Shown here in pieces: positions 11,869-23,309 of a DNA stretch of 64,000 nt. How positions within the stretch are numbered: the first letter of the stretch is position 1; each line of letters opens with the position of its first letter. This stretch comes from Eledone cirrhosa (taxonomy: Eukaryota). The position numbers were made by a program, and so were the translations under genes. The notes under the pieces were generated by a model. That model was given only the letters and a program-made list of their open reading frames with translations. It ran no database searches and had not been told where the DNA came from. The DNA lies in contig OZ024745.1 of NCBI GenBank assembly GCA_964016885.1, positions 94,302,001 to 94,366,000 of the forward strand, in the 5' to 3' direction.

Positions 11869-14800
11869 CTATAGTCTGATGTAGAGTGAAGGCCCATTCA
11901 CACGGGCCATTCTCGCCACTTTCACCCATCTTTTATACAAACGGCTGGGGTGCAGCACCTCTCTCTCCATCCTGATCCTTCTTCCGAAATGATATCGGAA
12001 GAAACGGACCAGTTGTTGGCCAGAGAGAAAAATGTCTGACCTCAGTCCTTTCAGACGCGTCCACCATACAACCTCTTTCGCCATGGCTATTACGCACAGA
12101 AACACCGCCTCTTCTTCGTTTTTGAAGAGGGGAGGCGGCTTGATCGTTACAATAGACTCGGTGGTCAACCGGATCGGTCCCACCCTTGACAGCAGTTGTT
12201 CGACATAGCCCCACAGACCGGCAATGCCCGAGCAGTGTACCAATGCGTGTGTAACGGTTTCCTCGTCGCACACGCATCTGGGACAGATCTTTTTCGAGGG
12301 GTCCCTACCCGGGCGCCCGTGTCTGTAGAGCCTTTCTCGAACGGGTAGAGCCCTTCTGTAGCATTGCCAGGCCAGGGACCTCTGGAAGTTATCCATGGGT
12401 CCCGGGCTGAATGTCCTACCGAACAGGTTGGCCAGTTCGTCTTCCTCCATGCCTAGGGCTTCTCCGAGGGCGTCGTGGCACCTGCTAACCACCAGCCCTC
12501 TATAGAATGACGAGGTGGATTCTCCACTGACAGCCGGGTCCGCCTGCCAGAGAGCCGTGAGCGCCTGGGCACACTCGGTGTGCCAGGCGCCCAGTTTTCT
12601 CGGTCTTTGCTTGACCCAGGATTGCAGCTCGGTGAGTGAGACGAGTCTGGGAAAGGCTCGCCTCACAAACGGGGCCCACACCGGTTGACCGGAGAGGAAT
12701 ACCTGAAGGTGCCGTAGCCTTAATGCGTGTTTACATATCATTAGCCACGGCATCCCCAGCCCTCCTTTCGAAGGGTGTTGACAGCAGATGGATTTCCTCA
12801 CCATAGGAGCCCGCTTCTTCCAAAGGAATTGGAAGAGTGCGTGCTCCATTTTGGCGAGCGTTTCCCTTGGGCAAGGCACAACGGTCAGGCGGTAGTAGAT
12901 GACGGACGCTATATAAGTGTTCGCCACCTCCGACCGACCTTTCAGGGACAGTTTGCACTCGGCCCACTTCTGGGTCAGTGCAAACACCCTGTTCGTTACC
13001 TCACCCCAGTTCTTCTCCACCTGGAGGTCTGGTCCGAACCAGACCCCGAGCAACTTCACCGGGCCCTCCGTCCAGCGCCCGACAACGCCATCGGAGGGCA
13101 TCGATCTGCCCCTCAACGTGCCGAGTTGCAGACCAATCGACTTGTCCCGGTTCAGCTTAGCCCCTGTAAACCTTTCGTACTCCTCCAGTAAGGTGCCGAT
13201 CGCCCCGATTTCCGAGGCCGTCGACACCATTACTGTTACGTCATCGGCGTAGGCTGACATCGCTTTCCGCAATCCCGGTTCCAACGGGATGCCCTGCAAC
13301 AACTCCAACTTCCGCAACAGTGGCTCTAGAGTCATTACATACAGAAGGGAGGAGAGAGGGCACCCCTTTCGGATGGACCGCGCGATTTCGAACGGCTCCG
13401 AGGGGTAGCCGTTCACCTTGACCCTAGAGCAGATGCGGCTGCTGTGCATGGCATTGATCCAGCCCCTGAAAACGGGTCCGAAGCCTGCCGCCGCTAGCAC
13501 CGCATCCAGGTAACCATGGTCGACCCTATCGAATGCCTTAGATTGATCCAAGTTGATCAGGGCCCCACCAAAGCCGGGTTCGTTCCCAACCCTCTCTATG
13601 ATGTATCGCATGAGGTGGAGGTTGTCGTGGATGGACCTGGACGGGATAGCACATGTCTGCGCATCTCCCACCAGGTTACCCACGACAAGCGTCAACCTCT
13701 TTGCTAGCGCCTTGGCCAAAATCTGTAACTCTGTATTTAGAAGAGTTATGGGCCTGAAATTATTTATATCGTCCCCCTTGTTCTCGTCCTTCCTCACTAG
13801 CGTGACTACGCCCTTGGTCACAGCACAGGGAATTCTCCCGTTCTGTTGCCAGTTGCAGTAGACTGCCTCGAGGAGATAGGGGAAGAAGTCCGGCATAGCT
13901 AGATATAGTTCGTATGGAAGACCATCGAGACCCGGGGATTTGCGTTTGCCGCATTGGCTCAGCACGTCCTCTATCTCAGCGGTTGAAATCGGCTCCTCGC
14001 AGGACTTCGCCTCACTGTCCGAGAGACGCGGCAGGCCGTCGAGGTATGGACCGAAGTCCACATCCCCAACCGGCTCCCTGCCCCTTCCGAACAATCCGGC
14101 AAAGTGCTTTTGAAAAGCCTCGCACATCTGCTTAGGTTCAAGGATCACCCGTCCATCATGGTCTCGCAAAGACGGGATAGTGGATCCGCTCCTTTTGGCT
14201 TCTGTCACGCGGGCCCAGCTAACAGCTTTGGTCCCCTCGTTTCCCAGAGCACGTATTTTGCTTCGGACGATGCAGCCTTCGTGTTTCGCGTCGAAGAACT
14301 GGCCCAGGGCCGTTCTCGACGCTAGCACTCTGGCCACGTCGCCGCTTCTAATTGCCTGTTCTACACTATCTACCAACTCCCTTTCCTTCCTATTTCTATT
14401 TGAGGCTAACTCCTTACTAAATTCTATAGAGACTACTCTAATCTCTCTTTTGAGAGATCCCCACCACCTACTGTTGACGATGGCGCCCGTCAACCGCTCC
14501 TTAACTAAAGTGCTAATCCGGTCCCTGTAAGCCTTACTTGCCGGTAAGGACAAGTTAAGCTTCCAGTAACCGGGTCCCTGTCTATGAGTTCTGTCAAGGT
14601 TGATCATGCAGGTCACTAACTTGTGGTCTGAATAGCCAACCATGCGCATTTTTGGACAACTTAAAAAGTCCTTATCCTTAATTCTAACTAAGAACCTATC
14701 TAGGTACGACCTAGATGATCCGCTACGATTTGCCCAAGTCCAGGTTGGCACAGTCGGAAAATCTAGTCGATATCTATCGGCCAGGTCAAATCGACCGATT

Positions 14801-15303
14801 AACCCATTGAGGCTATTACACCCCTCTCTATCGGGACAGGCCCCTACGTAGTCCCAGCGTGCATCTAGGATACCATTCCAGTCCCCCACTAATAGCAAGG
14901 AGCGGGACGTCCCTAGAAAAGTCTCCAGACGATGGAAGAAGTCCGGCCGCATTGACCCGAAAGGGCCGTAGGCGGCTACCGACCTAAACGCTCCGCCTTT
15001 ACCACTGCCAAGGTCCAGAACCACTAGTCGACCCTCCGGGTCCAAATGTACCATCTGTGTTGCGAGACCCAGATGTTTTTGCAGCAGTACGACAACCCCA
15101 CCCCCACCTCCGGGCTGACAGAGAGATGCGTGCATCTCAAAGTCATCAAAGGTGGGGGCCAGCTGTCGCACGTTGCTGATCCGGGCCTCGCAAATAACCA
15201 TCACATCTATACGTTGTGACCTAAGGTCATTTAGAAGCATTGCTTGCTTCCAAGTTGAGCCCAGGCCACGCGCATTTAAACACCCTACTCTTAGCATGGC
15301 CAT
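11869..15303 (-). CDS. LINE ORF2, 1144 aa: APE endonuclease, RT, C-terminal Cys/His zinc motif
   Basis: Uninterrupted from ATG at 15303; CLNARGL, GDWN, SDH, DQSKAFD, YADD, CPRC…ETVTHALVHC; RKGCPLS in place of the usual RQGCPLS. Confidence 0.95.
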   Translation of the reverse strand: MAMLRVGCLNARGLGSTWKQAMLLNDLRSQRIDVMVICEARISNVRQLAPTFDDFEMHASLCQPGGGGGVVVLLQKHLGLATQMVHLDPEGRLVVLDLGSGKGGAFRSVAAYGPFGSMRPDFFHRLETFLGTSRSLLLVGDWNGILDARWDYVGACPDREGCNSLNGLIGRFDLADRYRLDFPTVPTWTWANRSGSSRSYLDRFLVRIKDKDFLSCPKMRMVGYSDHKLVTCMINLDRTHRQGPGYWKLNLSLPASKAYRDRISTLVKERLTGAIVNSRWWGSLKREIRVVSIEFSKELASNRNRKERELVDSVEQAIRSGDVARVLASRTALGQFFDAKHEGCIVRSKIRALGNEGTKAVSWARVTEAKRSGSTIPSLRDHDGRVILEPKQMCEAFQKHFAGLFGRGREPVGDVDFGPYLDGLPRLSDSEAKSCEEPISTAEIEDVLSQCGKRKSPGLDGLPYELYLAMPDFFPYLLEAVYCNWQQNGRIPCAVTKGVVTLVRKDENKGDDINNFRPITLLNTELQILAKALAKRLTLVVGNLVGDAQTCAIPSRSIHDNLHLMRYIIERVGNEPGFGGALINLDQSKAFDRVDHGYLDAVLAAAGFGPVFRGWINAMHSSRICSRVKVNGYPSEPFEIARSIRKGCPLSSLLYVMTLEPLLRKLELLQGIPLEPGLRKAMSAYADDVTVMVSTASEIGAIGTLLEEYERFTGAKLNRDKSIGLQLGTLRGRSMPSDGVVGRWTEGPVKLLGVWFGPDLQVEKNWGEVTNRVFALTQKWAECKLSLKGRSEVANTYIASVIYYRLTVVPCPRETLAKMEHALFQFLWKKRAPMVRKSICCQHPSKGGLGMPWLMICKHALRLRHLQVFLSGQPVWAPFVRRAFPRLVSLTELQSWVKQRPRKLGAWHTECAQALTALWQADPAVSGESTSSFYRGLVVSRCHDALGEALGMEEDELANLFGRTFSPGPMDNFQRSLAWQCYRRALPVRERLYRHGRPGRDPSKKICPRCVCDEETVTHALVHCSGIAGLWGYVEQLLSRVGPIRLTTESIVTIKPPPLFKNEEEAVFLCVIAMAKEVVWWTRLKGLRSDIFLSGQQLVRFFRYHFGRRIRMEREVLHPSRLYKRWVKVARMARVNGPSLYIRL

Positions 15304-15327
15304 GTTGGTGGTGAAGAGAAAAGGCAC

Positions 15328-17110
15328 TTACCTCTCTGCGTCCCGGGTATCGGGCTGCACAATTTCCATTAGGGTGGGGGATGGGTTGTTGGGTGGGGTG
15401 GTGGTTTGTGGAGGTGTAGGGGCATCAGTGTGTTGTGTGGTTGGGGAGTTTTGAGTTGTGTGGGTGTTTGGGGAGGCGGTGGGGTAGTTTTTTAGGAGGA
15501 CGCGGTTAATGGGCCCGACGCAGGGGGGACCCACGTCCTCTTTAAAGTTGTTTTTTAAAGTTTTATAGGTGTCCTTAATCATTTTGAGGTGGGGGAAATC
15601 CCCTGCCTGGGTGAAGTTAGGCCCTTGGGTTTTTATTAGATTGTTGTTGTACACAATGTTTAACAGTTTTTTGTTTCTTGTGTTTACGTATGTGTATGCA
15701 TGTTTTTGTTTTTGTGTGGTGTTTTTTGTTTGCTGCTGTTGTGAGCTCTTTTGTGTTGGTGTCAGTGTTATGTTTTGGGGAGGGGTTGTTTTCATTTGTT
15801 TGTCTGAGGTGTGTTTTCTTTTTTTTCTTTTGATTGTGTGGAAGTGCTCCTCCTCGTCTGACGACGAACTAGGGTCATCTTACGCGTTGGAGGGGAGGGG
15901 TATATTTTCGGGTTGTGTTTGCGGTGCGGGTGTTTTAGAAATTGTTTTTGTTTTTTGAGTGGGGGGGATGGGTTGGACATTGTTTTGTTTTGGTTTGAGC
16001 TGTGGTGGTTGTTTTTGTAGTGGTAGTTGTGGTGATTGTGTTGGTTGTGCAGTTGTTGGTGGTGTAGGCAGGATTGGGGTTTTCTTATTAAGTTGGGGAC
16101 AGACAGCCCTCAGGTGACCTCTGGTTCCGCAGAGGTAACACGAGGGCCGCCTACCCTCAACGGTAATGTTGATGCAAGTTTGATCATCCAGTATGACGCG
16201 TTCAGGGATCTGGGCGATCCTTTCGGGCCTCATTTAAACTACAAGTTCGAGGCTCGTTCCACTGAACGCGTCACCCGATGCCTTTTCCATGGACACCAGC
16301 GTGTCATCATCCAGGTCCAGGAAACCTGTCAAAACCCACCATATGTCCATAATCCGCAGGATGGTGTGGATTTTTATTTTTTGTGTTCTTCTACCCATGT
16401 ACGTAGGGTAGAAGGTGTATGCGGTGGATGAGATTGGTTTGATGGACAGTTTCACTGCTGTGTCCCTGTCCTTCATGAGAATGGATAGACTCCCGTAGAG
16501 TCTATCCTTCTGAATGAAGGTGATGTCCTTCATGACGTCTTTTAAAACCAGCTCTATCTCACTCTGTGATGGTTGAGCTGGTTTTTTGCTTTTATTCGAG
16601 ATTGTCCTAAACATGAAAGTGTTTAGGAGTCTCTGGCTTTTTAGTTCCGGGGGGGGGGGAATGGATCGTGAATGAACCATTTTCCCCGTACACTATATAT
16701 TTTTTGTCATCTGCCAGTAGCTCCTTCGCTTTAGTTATATCTACTGGCAGATAGTCGAGGGTTTTCCTTGCCGTCTCGGCGAAGGAGAAATTTTTTTTGT
16801 TTGTGTTGCTGTTGTAGTTGGTGGTGTTGTTGTTATCATTGTTGTTGTTGTCACAGTTATTGGTCTTGTTGTTGTTGTTATTGGTGTTGTTTTCGTCCGT
16901 CGCATTGTTGTTGTTGTTGCTGTTGCTGGTGCCGCTGGTTCTTTGGGTTGTTGCCATGGCAACGTCAAGTTGTCGGTCAACAGGTGGAGAAAATCCTTCC
17001 TCTGGCTGACCTTTCTTTTTGACCTCTGCTACTGTGACAGTGGCAGGGGGAAGCTGTAAGCTTATCTTCCCCTTTCCTCCTTCGAATTTTGGTGAAGATG
17101 CTTCAGCCAT
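15328..17110 (-). pseudogene. LINE ORF1 (poly-Asn N-terminus, CCHC knuckle), frameshifted
   Basis: Track fragments 16607-17119, 16234-16680, 15880-16233 (CYLCGTRGHLRAVC) and 15328-15795. Confidence 0.85.
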
Positions 17111-17193
17111 TTTTATCAAAGTAGGATTTTTCGAAATTTTTCGAAAGATTAAATTTTTACAACACTATTTCGCCTAAAGGCGTAGAATATTTT

Positions 17194-17233
17194 GAGAGAC
17201 TGACCAGATCAAAGTTTGACCTGGCAGTCTCTC
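17194..17233. promoter_or_regulatory. Stem-loop in LINE 5' UTR
   Basis: gagagactgaccag…ctggcagtctctc inverted repeat; function unknown. Confidence 0.4.
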
Positions 17234-17599
17234 TACAAAAATGGTACAAAAATGAAAGTTTACAGTTCACAATTTCCAGATAAATTTAAACGAAACTTAC
17301 CGAGCGAGCTCAGCACATGTGTCTATCCCAGATAGATAGATAGAGAGAGAGATATGATGTGTAAAATAAAACTAAGAGACAAGATTAGCGTACTACGAAA
17401 GTGAGAAATAGCAATTTCCCAGCGTTCCACTGTCTTGGTTCTTTAACTCAAACACTCTCTCTCTCTCCCGATTATCTTCTCACTATTCCTTTCTATCACT
17501 CCCTTTCTTGTATACACACACACACACACACACACTCGTGCGCACATATACAATACATGTTATGCATTTCAAATACAGATTTCCATGTCATTTTATTTT

Positions 17600-17803
17600 G
17601 CTAGCTCAGGAGGAAAAGGTTGCTTACAGGTTATATCCGTAGTAGTAGCGCATTCAGTCTTAGACCGAGCTGAGGATCCGAATAAGGTGAAACATTTGTT
17701 CTCGGTATGGTGAATTAACTGTTGTGGAATATTTCTATCAAACTGGTCCCATGGACTGAGTTCTCTACTACTACAGATAGAACCCACCAGTGTTCTACTA
17801 TTA
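17600..17803 (+). mobile_element. Solo PLE family-A-like 3' end with HHR at 17664-17706
   Basis: accgag-CTGAGGA-tccgaataaggt-GAAA-catttg-TT-ctcggt, followed by a tail homologous to the reverse complement of 7676-7770. Confidence 0.75.
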
Positions 17804-17812
17804 CACACACAC

Positions 17813-17899
<87 letters not shown>

Positions 17900-17901
<2 letters not shown>

Positions 17902-18647
17902 TGATATAAATATTTCCAACAGGTACTAAGTACCTACGGAAATATACATGGTGTCTATAATAATTGTTGTTAAATGGTACTAATTTGAGATACCAGAACT
18001 ATAAAAATGAGCGGAACAAGTAAACATTAAACAATCTTTTAAATAAATTAAAATACGATTTAAATATTAACCTGTTCTAATACTGTTACCGACGGTTTCG
18101 CTTATCAAAAGATTGGAAATTCAGAGAATTTCCAATGGAAAAAATCAGCTCTTCAGACAGCTATTTCCATTCTATAGGGCATAAAGCCTCACATTTTGTA
18201 AATATATCGCTTCCTGCCTGATGTATGAGGTCAGGCCGTTAAAGTGACCCACACATAAACAGGCCGCAAGTAAAAGCGGGAATATTATAGACTCGTTGTT
18301 TCTTATGCTACTAAAAAAATAGCAGCACGATACAACATTTTGTTCTCTACATAGAAGGAGAATACATATAAAATGATATAAATATTCCAACAAATACTAA
18401 GTACCTACGGAAATATCCTCATACATGAGACAGGGAGCGATATATTTACAAACTGTGAGGCTTTCTGCCCTATAGAATGGAAATAGCTGTCTGAGGAGCT
18501 GATTCTTTCCATTGGAAATTCTCTGAATTTCCAATCTTTTGATAAGCGAAATCGACGGTAACAGCATTAGAACAGGTGAATATTTAAATTTAAATCGTAT
18601 TTTAATTTATTTGAAAGATTATTTAATGTTTACTTGTTCCGCTCATT

Positions 18648-18650
<3 letters not shown>
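17900..18650. mobile_element. ORF-less HHR fold-back element (family R2); HHRs at 18083-18161 (-) and 18486-18565 (+)
   Basis: gctgt-CTGARGA-gctgat…ataagc-GAAA-ccgtcgg-TA-acag; arms 18001-18230 and 18417-18650 inverted; ~45-nt direct repeat at 17900 and 18372. Confidence 0.82.
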
Positions 18651-18740
<90 letters not shown>

Positions 18741-18769
18741 ATAATAATAAATTTAAAGACTAAAATCCA

Positions 18770-19351
18770 AATAGGGCTCGATAAGGATACATATATATCA
18801 AATATATAAGAACCGTAGAGCAAATATTTATTAACATAACATATTAAAGTTTAAGCAAAGAATCGCTGCTTTCACCCTCAACGGGATCTTCTGAAACTAA
18901 AAAAATCAATCTGTGAACGCAGAAGCAAATATTTCGAAAAACGTTGCAGTCGAAGGAAGACAGGAAGACGATACTTTGGTTCGTGGAAACGTTCCCTGGC
19001 AAAGAACGAAAAAAAACGAAGATAATACGTCATTATTTGGCGCGTTGAAGACAAAACCAAGTTTATGGTATAACTGAAGTCGTAGAATAAAATTCTATTT
19101 AGGAAACCGAATGATTCTTAGCTTCAGAGTTAAGAATAAATAAATTACAGAGGTAATTGAAATTAAATATATATACATGCACGCAAACATATACGTACAT
19201 ACACATGCATACTCGAAAACACCCGCCATGGGTATACAAATACAAGCTCGTACACAAAAAAAATCACGCACGCACATACAGAACCCACAAAACACTGTAC
19301 CCGCAAACATACGAACGTATACACCAAAACACATAAAAATATATATTAAAA

Positions 19352-19392
<41 letters not shown>

Positions 19393-19750
19393 TGTATACA
19401 TATAATTATATAAACGTATATATATATATATATACACACATAAATACGTATACAACGTGCGCACACCACATACCTACATGTAAATACACATATCTGAGCA
19501 GACGTACGTTAACCAAACACAAAGTACACATATACACACACACCCTAGGTACGTACGAACTCGCATACTCACACATACGCAAAACTCACGTATACACATA
19601 ACCATATGCGCATGTACCAGTATATATAATATAAAATATACGCCTTTGGTTGCAACGTTTTTCGAAATATTGACTTCTGCGTTCAGAGATTGATTTTCTT
19701 AGTTTCAGAAGATCCCGTTAAGGTTGAAAGCAGCGATTCTTTGCTTAACT
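18770..19750. mobile_element. Fold-back element with variant HHRs at 18848-18898 (-) and 19701-19750 (+)
   Basis: ~110-bp inverted arms; agttt-CAGAAGA-tccc…gggt-GAAA-gca…tgc-TT-aaact. Confidence 0.65.
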
Positions 19751-19985
19751 GAGGTTAGCTGGACATGCTCACCGACATCCAGAGTTGACATTGCACTCAG
19801 TGCTCCTTTGGGAGCCCCTACATGGACACACTAGAAGAGGAAGACCAAGGTTAACGTATGTTGATGCCCTAAGGACAGACACTGGTCTGTTGGAGACGCA
19901 GGACATGGCAGCGATAATGAGGGACAGAGACCGCTGGAGAGAACTCGTCCATGGATGGATCTCGGGAATTTTACCCGCCTTAGAT
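19750..19985 (+). mobile_element. RTE-clade LINE 3' fragment
   Basis: LAGHAHRH…VLLWEP…RRGRPRLTYVD…MRDRDRWR, typical RTE C-terminus; second copy at 48083-48272. Confidence 0.85.
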
Positions 19986-20535
19986 AGATATATATATATA
20001 AAATTTCAAGTTATCAATAATGTAGTGATAATATATCGTCACGTTCGAGATGAACAGCGTACATGTAGGTTTGCTCAACGAGTATAAATTATATTCCGGA
20101 GAAAATGTAGAAAAGATGAATATAAAATGAAAGTGCTTTTATAAAGGAATTTATTAGGTATTGACATATGCTTCTGTAACAGACGGAATACCTATGTATC
20201 GCTGCTTGCGATACTACACCATTATTAATACTACTACACCAAACGACCAGCCCTGTCCATTGTTCAATTGGTCAAATATAGATTAAAATAGGCACTCCCA
20301 AAAATTCTTATTTTAGATAAATTAAAGCCATATACTCATTGTATTCTCATTAAAAACTTTGTCTATATACTTGTTTACCAGCAAATTGATTTGCCATCTG
20401 TCATATACTATCCCTTCTCTCTTAGTCATTCCGTATGGTCAATCTTGATGTAATAATATGGAGAGTAATCAACGTAAAGCAGGCTCAACCGTCTTCGTTT
20501 GTGTAGTTGGTGGTGCGAGTACCGGAGTTAATTAT

Positions 20536-21300
20536 TATAATAAAAATAACAGGAGGCTGGACTTGTGTAAATCCTTGAAAGGTTTATCTATACTATGATC
20601 ATTTCAATGACCGGGTTCCGTATGAATCCGGTGATATCATCAGGTATTCGAAATATACTAAATGAATGTAACAGATAAAATCCATGGGGCTGAAAATCAT
20701 AGAACCCGAGGACGACCGACCATCTAGCATCTTCCACTTTAGCCGGTCGCCCTCAAGTGCTGGCTATTCGGGTCTATTTAAGGCTATCTGGTGAGGGGGC
20801 GAAAGCTTATATTGTGCTACTTAACCTCCCGGTCAAAGAGAAAAAAGACAGAAAGAAAGAAGAAAAGTCAGTATATATACCTCTGTTATAATATATACCT
20901 CTGTTAAGATATAGGTTCTTTAGAATAATATTTTTCGCGGCAATTCCTAGCCTGATTGTAGCATGACATTAACGTTGACTTTTCTCTCTTTCTTTCTGTC
21001 TTTTTTTCTCTTTGACCGGGAGGTTAGTAGCACATTATAGCTTTCGCCCCCTCACCAGATAGCCTTAAATAGACCGAATAGCCAGCACTTGAGGGCGACC
21101 GGCTAAAGTGGAAGATGCTAGATGGTCGGTCGTCCTCGGGTCTATGATTTTCAAGCCCCCATGGATTTTATCTGTTACATTCATTTAGTATATTTCGAAT
21201 ACCTGATGATATCACCGGATTCATACGGAACCCGGTCATTGAAATGATCATAGTATAATAAACCTTCAAGGATTTACACAAGTCCAGCCTCCTGTTATTT

Positions 21301-21307
<7 letters not shown>
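20536..21307. mobile_element. ~335-bp inverted-arm element with HHRs at 20590-20648 (-) and 21198-21256 (+)
   Basis: atac-CTGATGA-…accgg…ccggt…-GAAA-tgatca-TA-gtat; arms ~20536-20870 and ~20976-21307. Confidence 0.82.
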
Positions 21308-21347
<40 letters not shown>

Positions 21348-21356
21348 GAAAAAAAA

Positions 21357-21401
<45 letters not shown>

Positions 21402-21405
<4 letters not shown>

Positions 21406-21808
21406 GAAGTTCAAAAGATGGTTAAAAGATTAACATTGTATTTTATTATGCGCATTTCAAAACAAATATCATCATGGGATGATATTTGCGTTCTCATCAG
21501 ATACAATAGGGAGACATGATATGAAGCTTAAAAAACACTTGCGAGCAGTGAGGTGTTAAATCTACATCTCACTGTTAAACACCTCACTGCTCGCAAGTGA
21601 TTTTTAAGCTTCATATCATGTCTCCCTATTTTATCTGATGAGAACGCAAATATCATCCCATGATGATATTTGTTTTTGAAATGCGCATATGGAACTCTTT
21701 TAACCATCTTTTGATCTTCTATTATTTATACTCCAGTCCTATAAACTGTTGAGTACTACTTATCCGATATTTGCATTGCTTATTGTGCTACAATAAAAAT
21801 CACCTCCT

Positions 21809-21811
<3 letters not shown>
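21402..21811. mobile_element. Fold-back of PLE family-D 3' end; HHRs at 21440-21507 (-) and 21628-21690 (+, stem I damaged)
   Basis: CTGATGAgaacgcaaatatcatc…gatgatatttgtttt-GAAA-tgcgca-TA; homologous to 54270-54476. Confidence 0.82.
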
Positions 21812-21839
<28 letters not shown>

Positions 21840-21845
<6 letters not shown>

Positions 21846-22022
21846 TAAAGCTGAGCGTCGTTTGTATTATGTATGTATCCTACACACCTCCCTATAGTTT
21901 GTTAGCTTTACTCTCTCCATCGCTCTTCCCTCTCTCTATAATAGATCATTCCCCCTCTCTATAATTTAACTGCTTTACTCTCTCTGTCGCTCTTCACTCT
22001 CAAATATTATATAGCTGAGCGT

Positions 22023-22096
<74 letters not shown>

Positions 22097-22375
22097 ACCC
22101 TCTCTATAATTTAACTGCTTTACTCTCTGTCTCTCTTCACTCTCTATATGACAACACTCTTTTACTTTCCGTAGCGATGAGCATCGTATGTAAATTCGGC
22201 TCTCTATAATAGATCATTCCCCCTCTCTATAATTTAACTGCTTTACTCTCTCTGTTGCTCTTCACTCTCTAATATTATAAAGCTGAGCGTCGTCTCTCTC
22301 TCTCTCTCCCTCTTTCATCCTCTCTATAATTTAACTGCTTTACTCTGTTTCTCTTCACTCTCTATATAACAGCAG
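21840..22375 (+). repeat. Degenerate tandem repeat (ctctataatttaactgctttactctc units) with (TC)n
   Basis: Unit recurs at ~21957, 22102, 22225 and 22322. Confidence 0.6.
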
Positions 22376-22409
22376 GTAATACATACATCAAAAGGCAACC
22401 CTGACAAAT

Positions 22410-22770
22410 ATAATAATTGTTTCTACTTTAGACACAAGGCCAGCAATTACCCAGTACATTACTGGTACTTTATTTTATCGACTCCGTAAGGATGAAAGGC
22501 AAAGTTCACCTCGGCGGGATTTGAACTCAGACTGTAAAGGGACGTAACTATGCTGGAAAGCATGGCGTCCGACCCTCTACCGATACTGCCAATTCACAAT
22601 ATAATAATTGTTTCTACTTGAGGCACAAGGCCGGCAATTACCCAGTGTATTACTGGTACTTTATTTTATCGAACCCGTAAGGATGAAGGCAAAGTTGACC
22701 TCGGCGGGATTTGAACTCAGAATGGAAAGGGCCGTAAATAATAACATGTGAATACATGCTGTACTCAAAA
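22410..22770 (-). mobile_element. Two tandem tRNA-SINE copies (22410-22595, 22600-22770)
   Basis: Both match the SINE consensus. Confidence 0.88.
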
Positions 22771-22862
22771 TATAAACACACACACGGACAGACACACACA
22801 CACACATACACACACACACACACTCACATACACACACACTCACACGCACACTCACACACATC

Positions 22863-22949
<87 letters not shown>

Positions 22950-22950
22950 G

Positions 22951-23031
<81 letters not shown>

Positions 23032-23073
23032 ATACTTGGGGAGGGTCATATTGTTGTAATAATATTGCCAGAA

Positions 23074-23140
<67 letters not shown>

Positions 23141-23309
23141 AAAACAATGTTGTATCTGATCGAGACGAAGCGAGAGTGTATTTGAATTTGCTCACGGCTG
23201 TATTTGACAGAATTTAGTTGTTTTAACGACTGTTCTAGCAATGAGTTTTCTCATTATTTTATGTATATATATATATATATATAAAACCAACCCTTAAGGT
23301 TATATATAT

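Larger units (their letters stand above)
11606..17329 (-). mobile_element. Near full-length Tx1/L1-like LINE (copy 2) in a (GATA)n(GA)n site
   Basis: 5' UTR, frameshifted ORF1, open ORF2, AATAAA near 3' end; probable TSD agatagatagatag(ag)n-atatg ending at 11605 and at 17330-17356. Confidence 0.93.

Noticed and set aside
18844-19750. Reading the fold-backs as DNA-transposon MITEs
   Set aside because: Arms are asymmetric, contain HHR folds and match single-ended copies elsewhere; no fixed TIR ends or TSD
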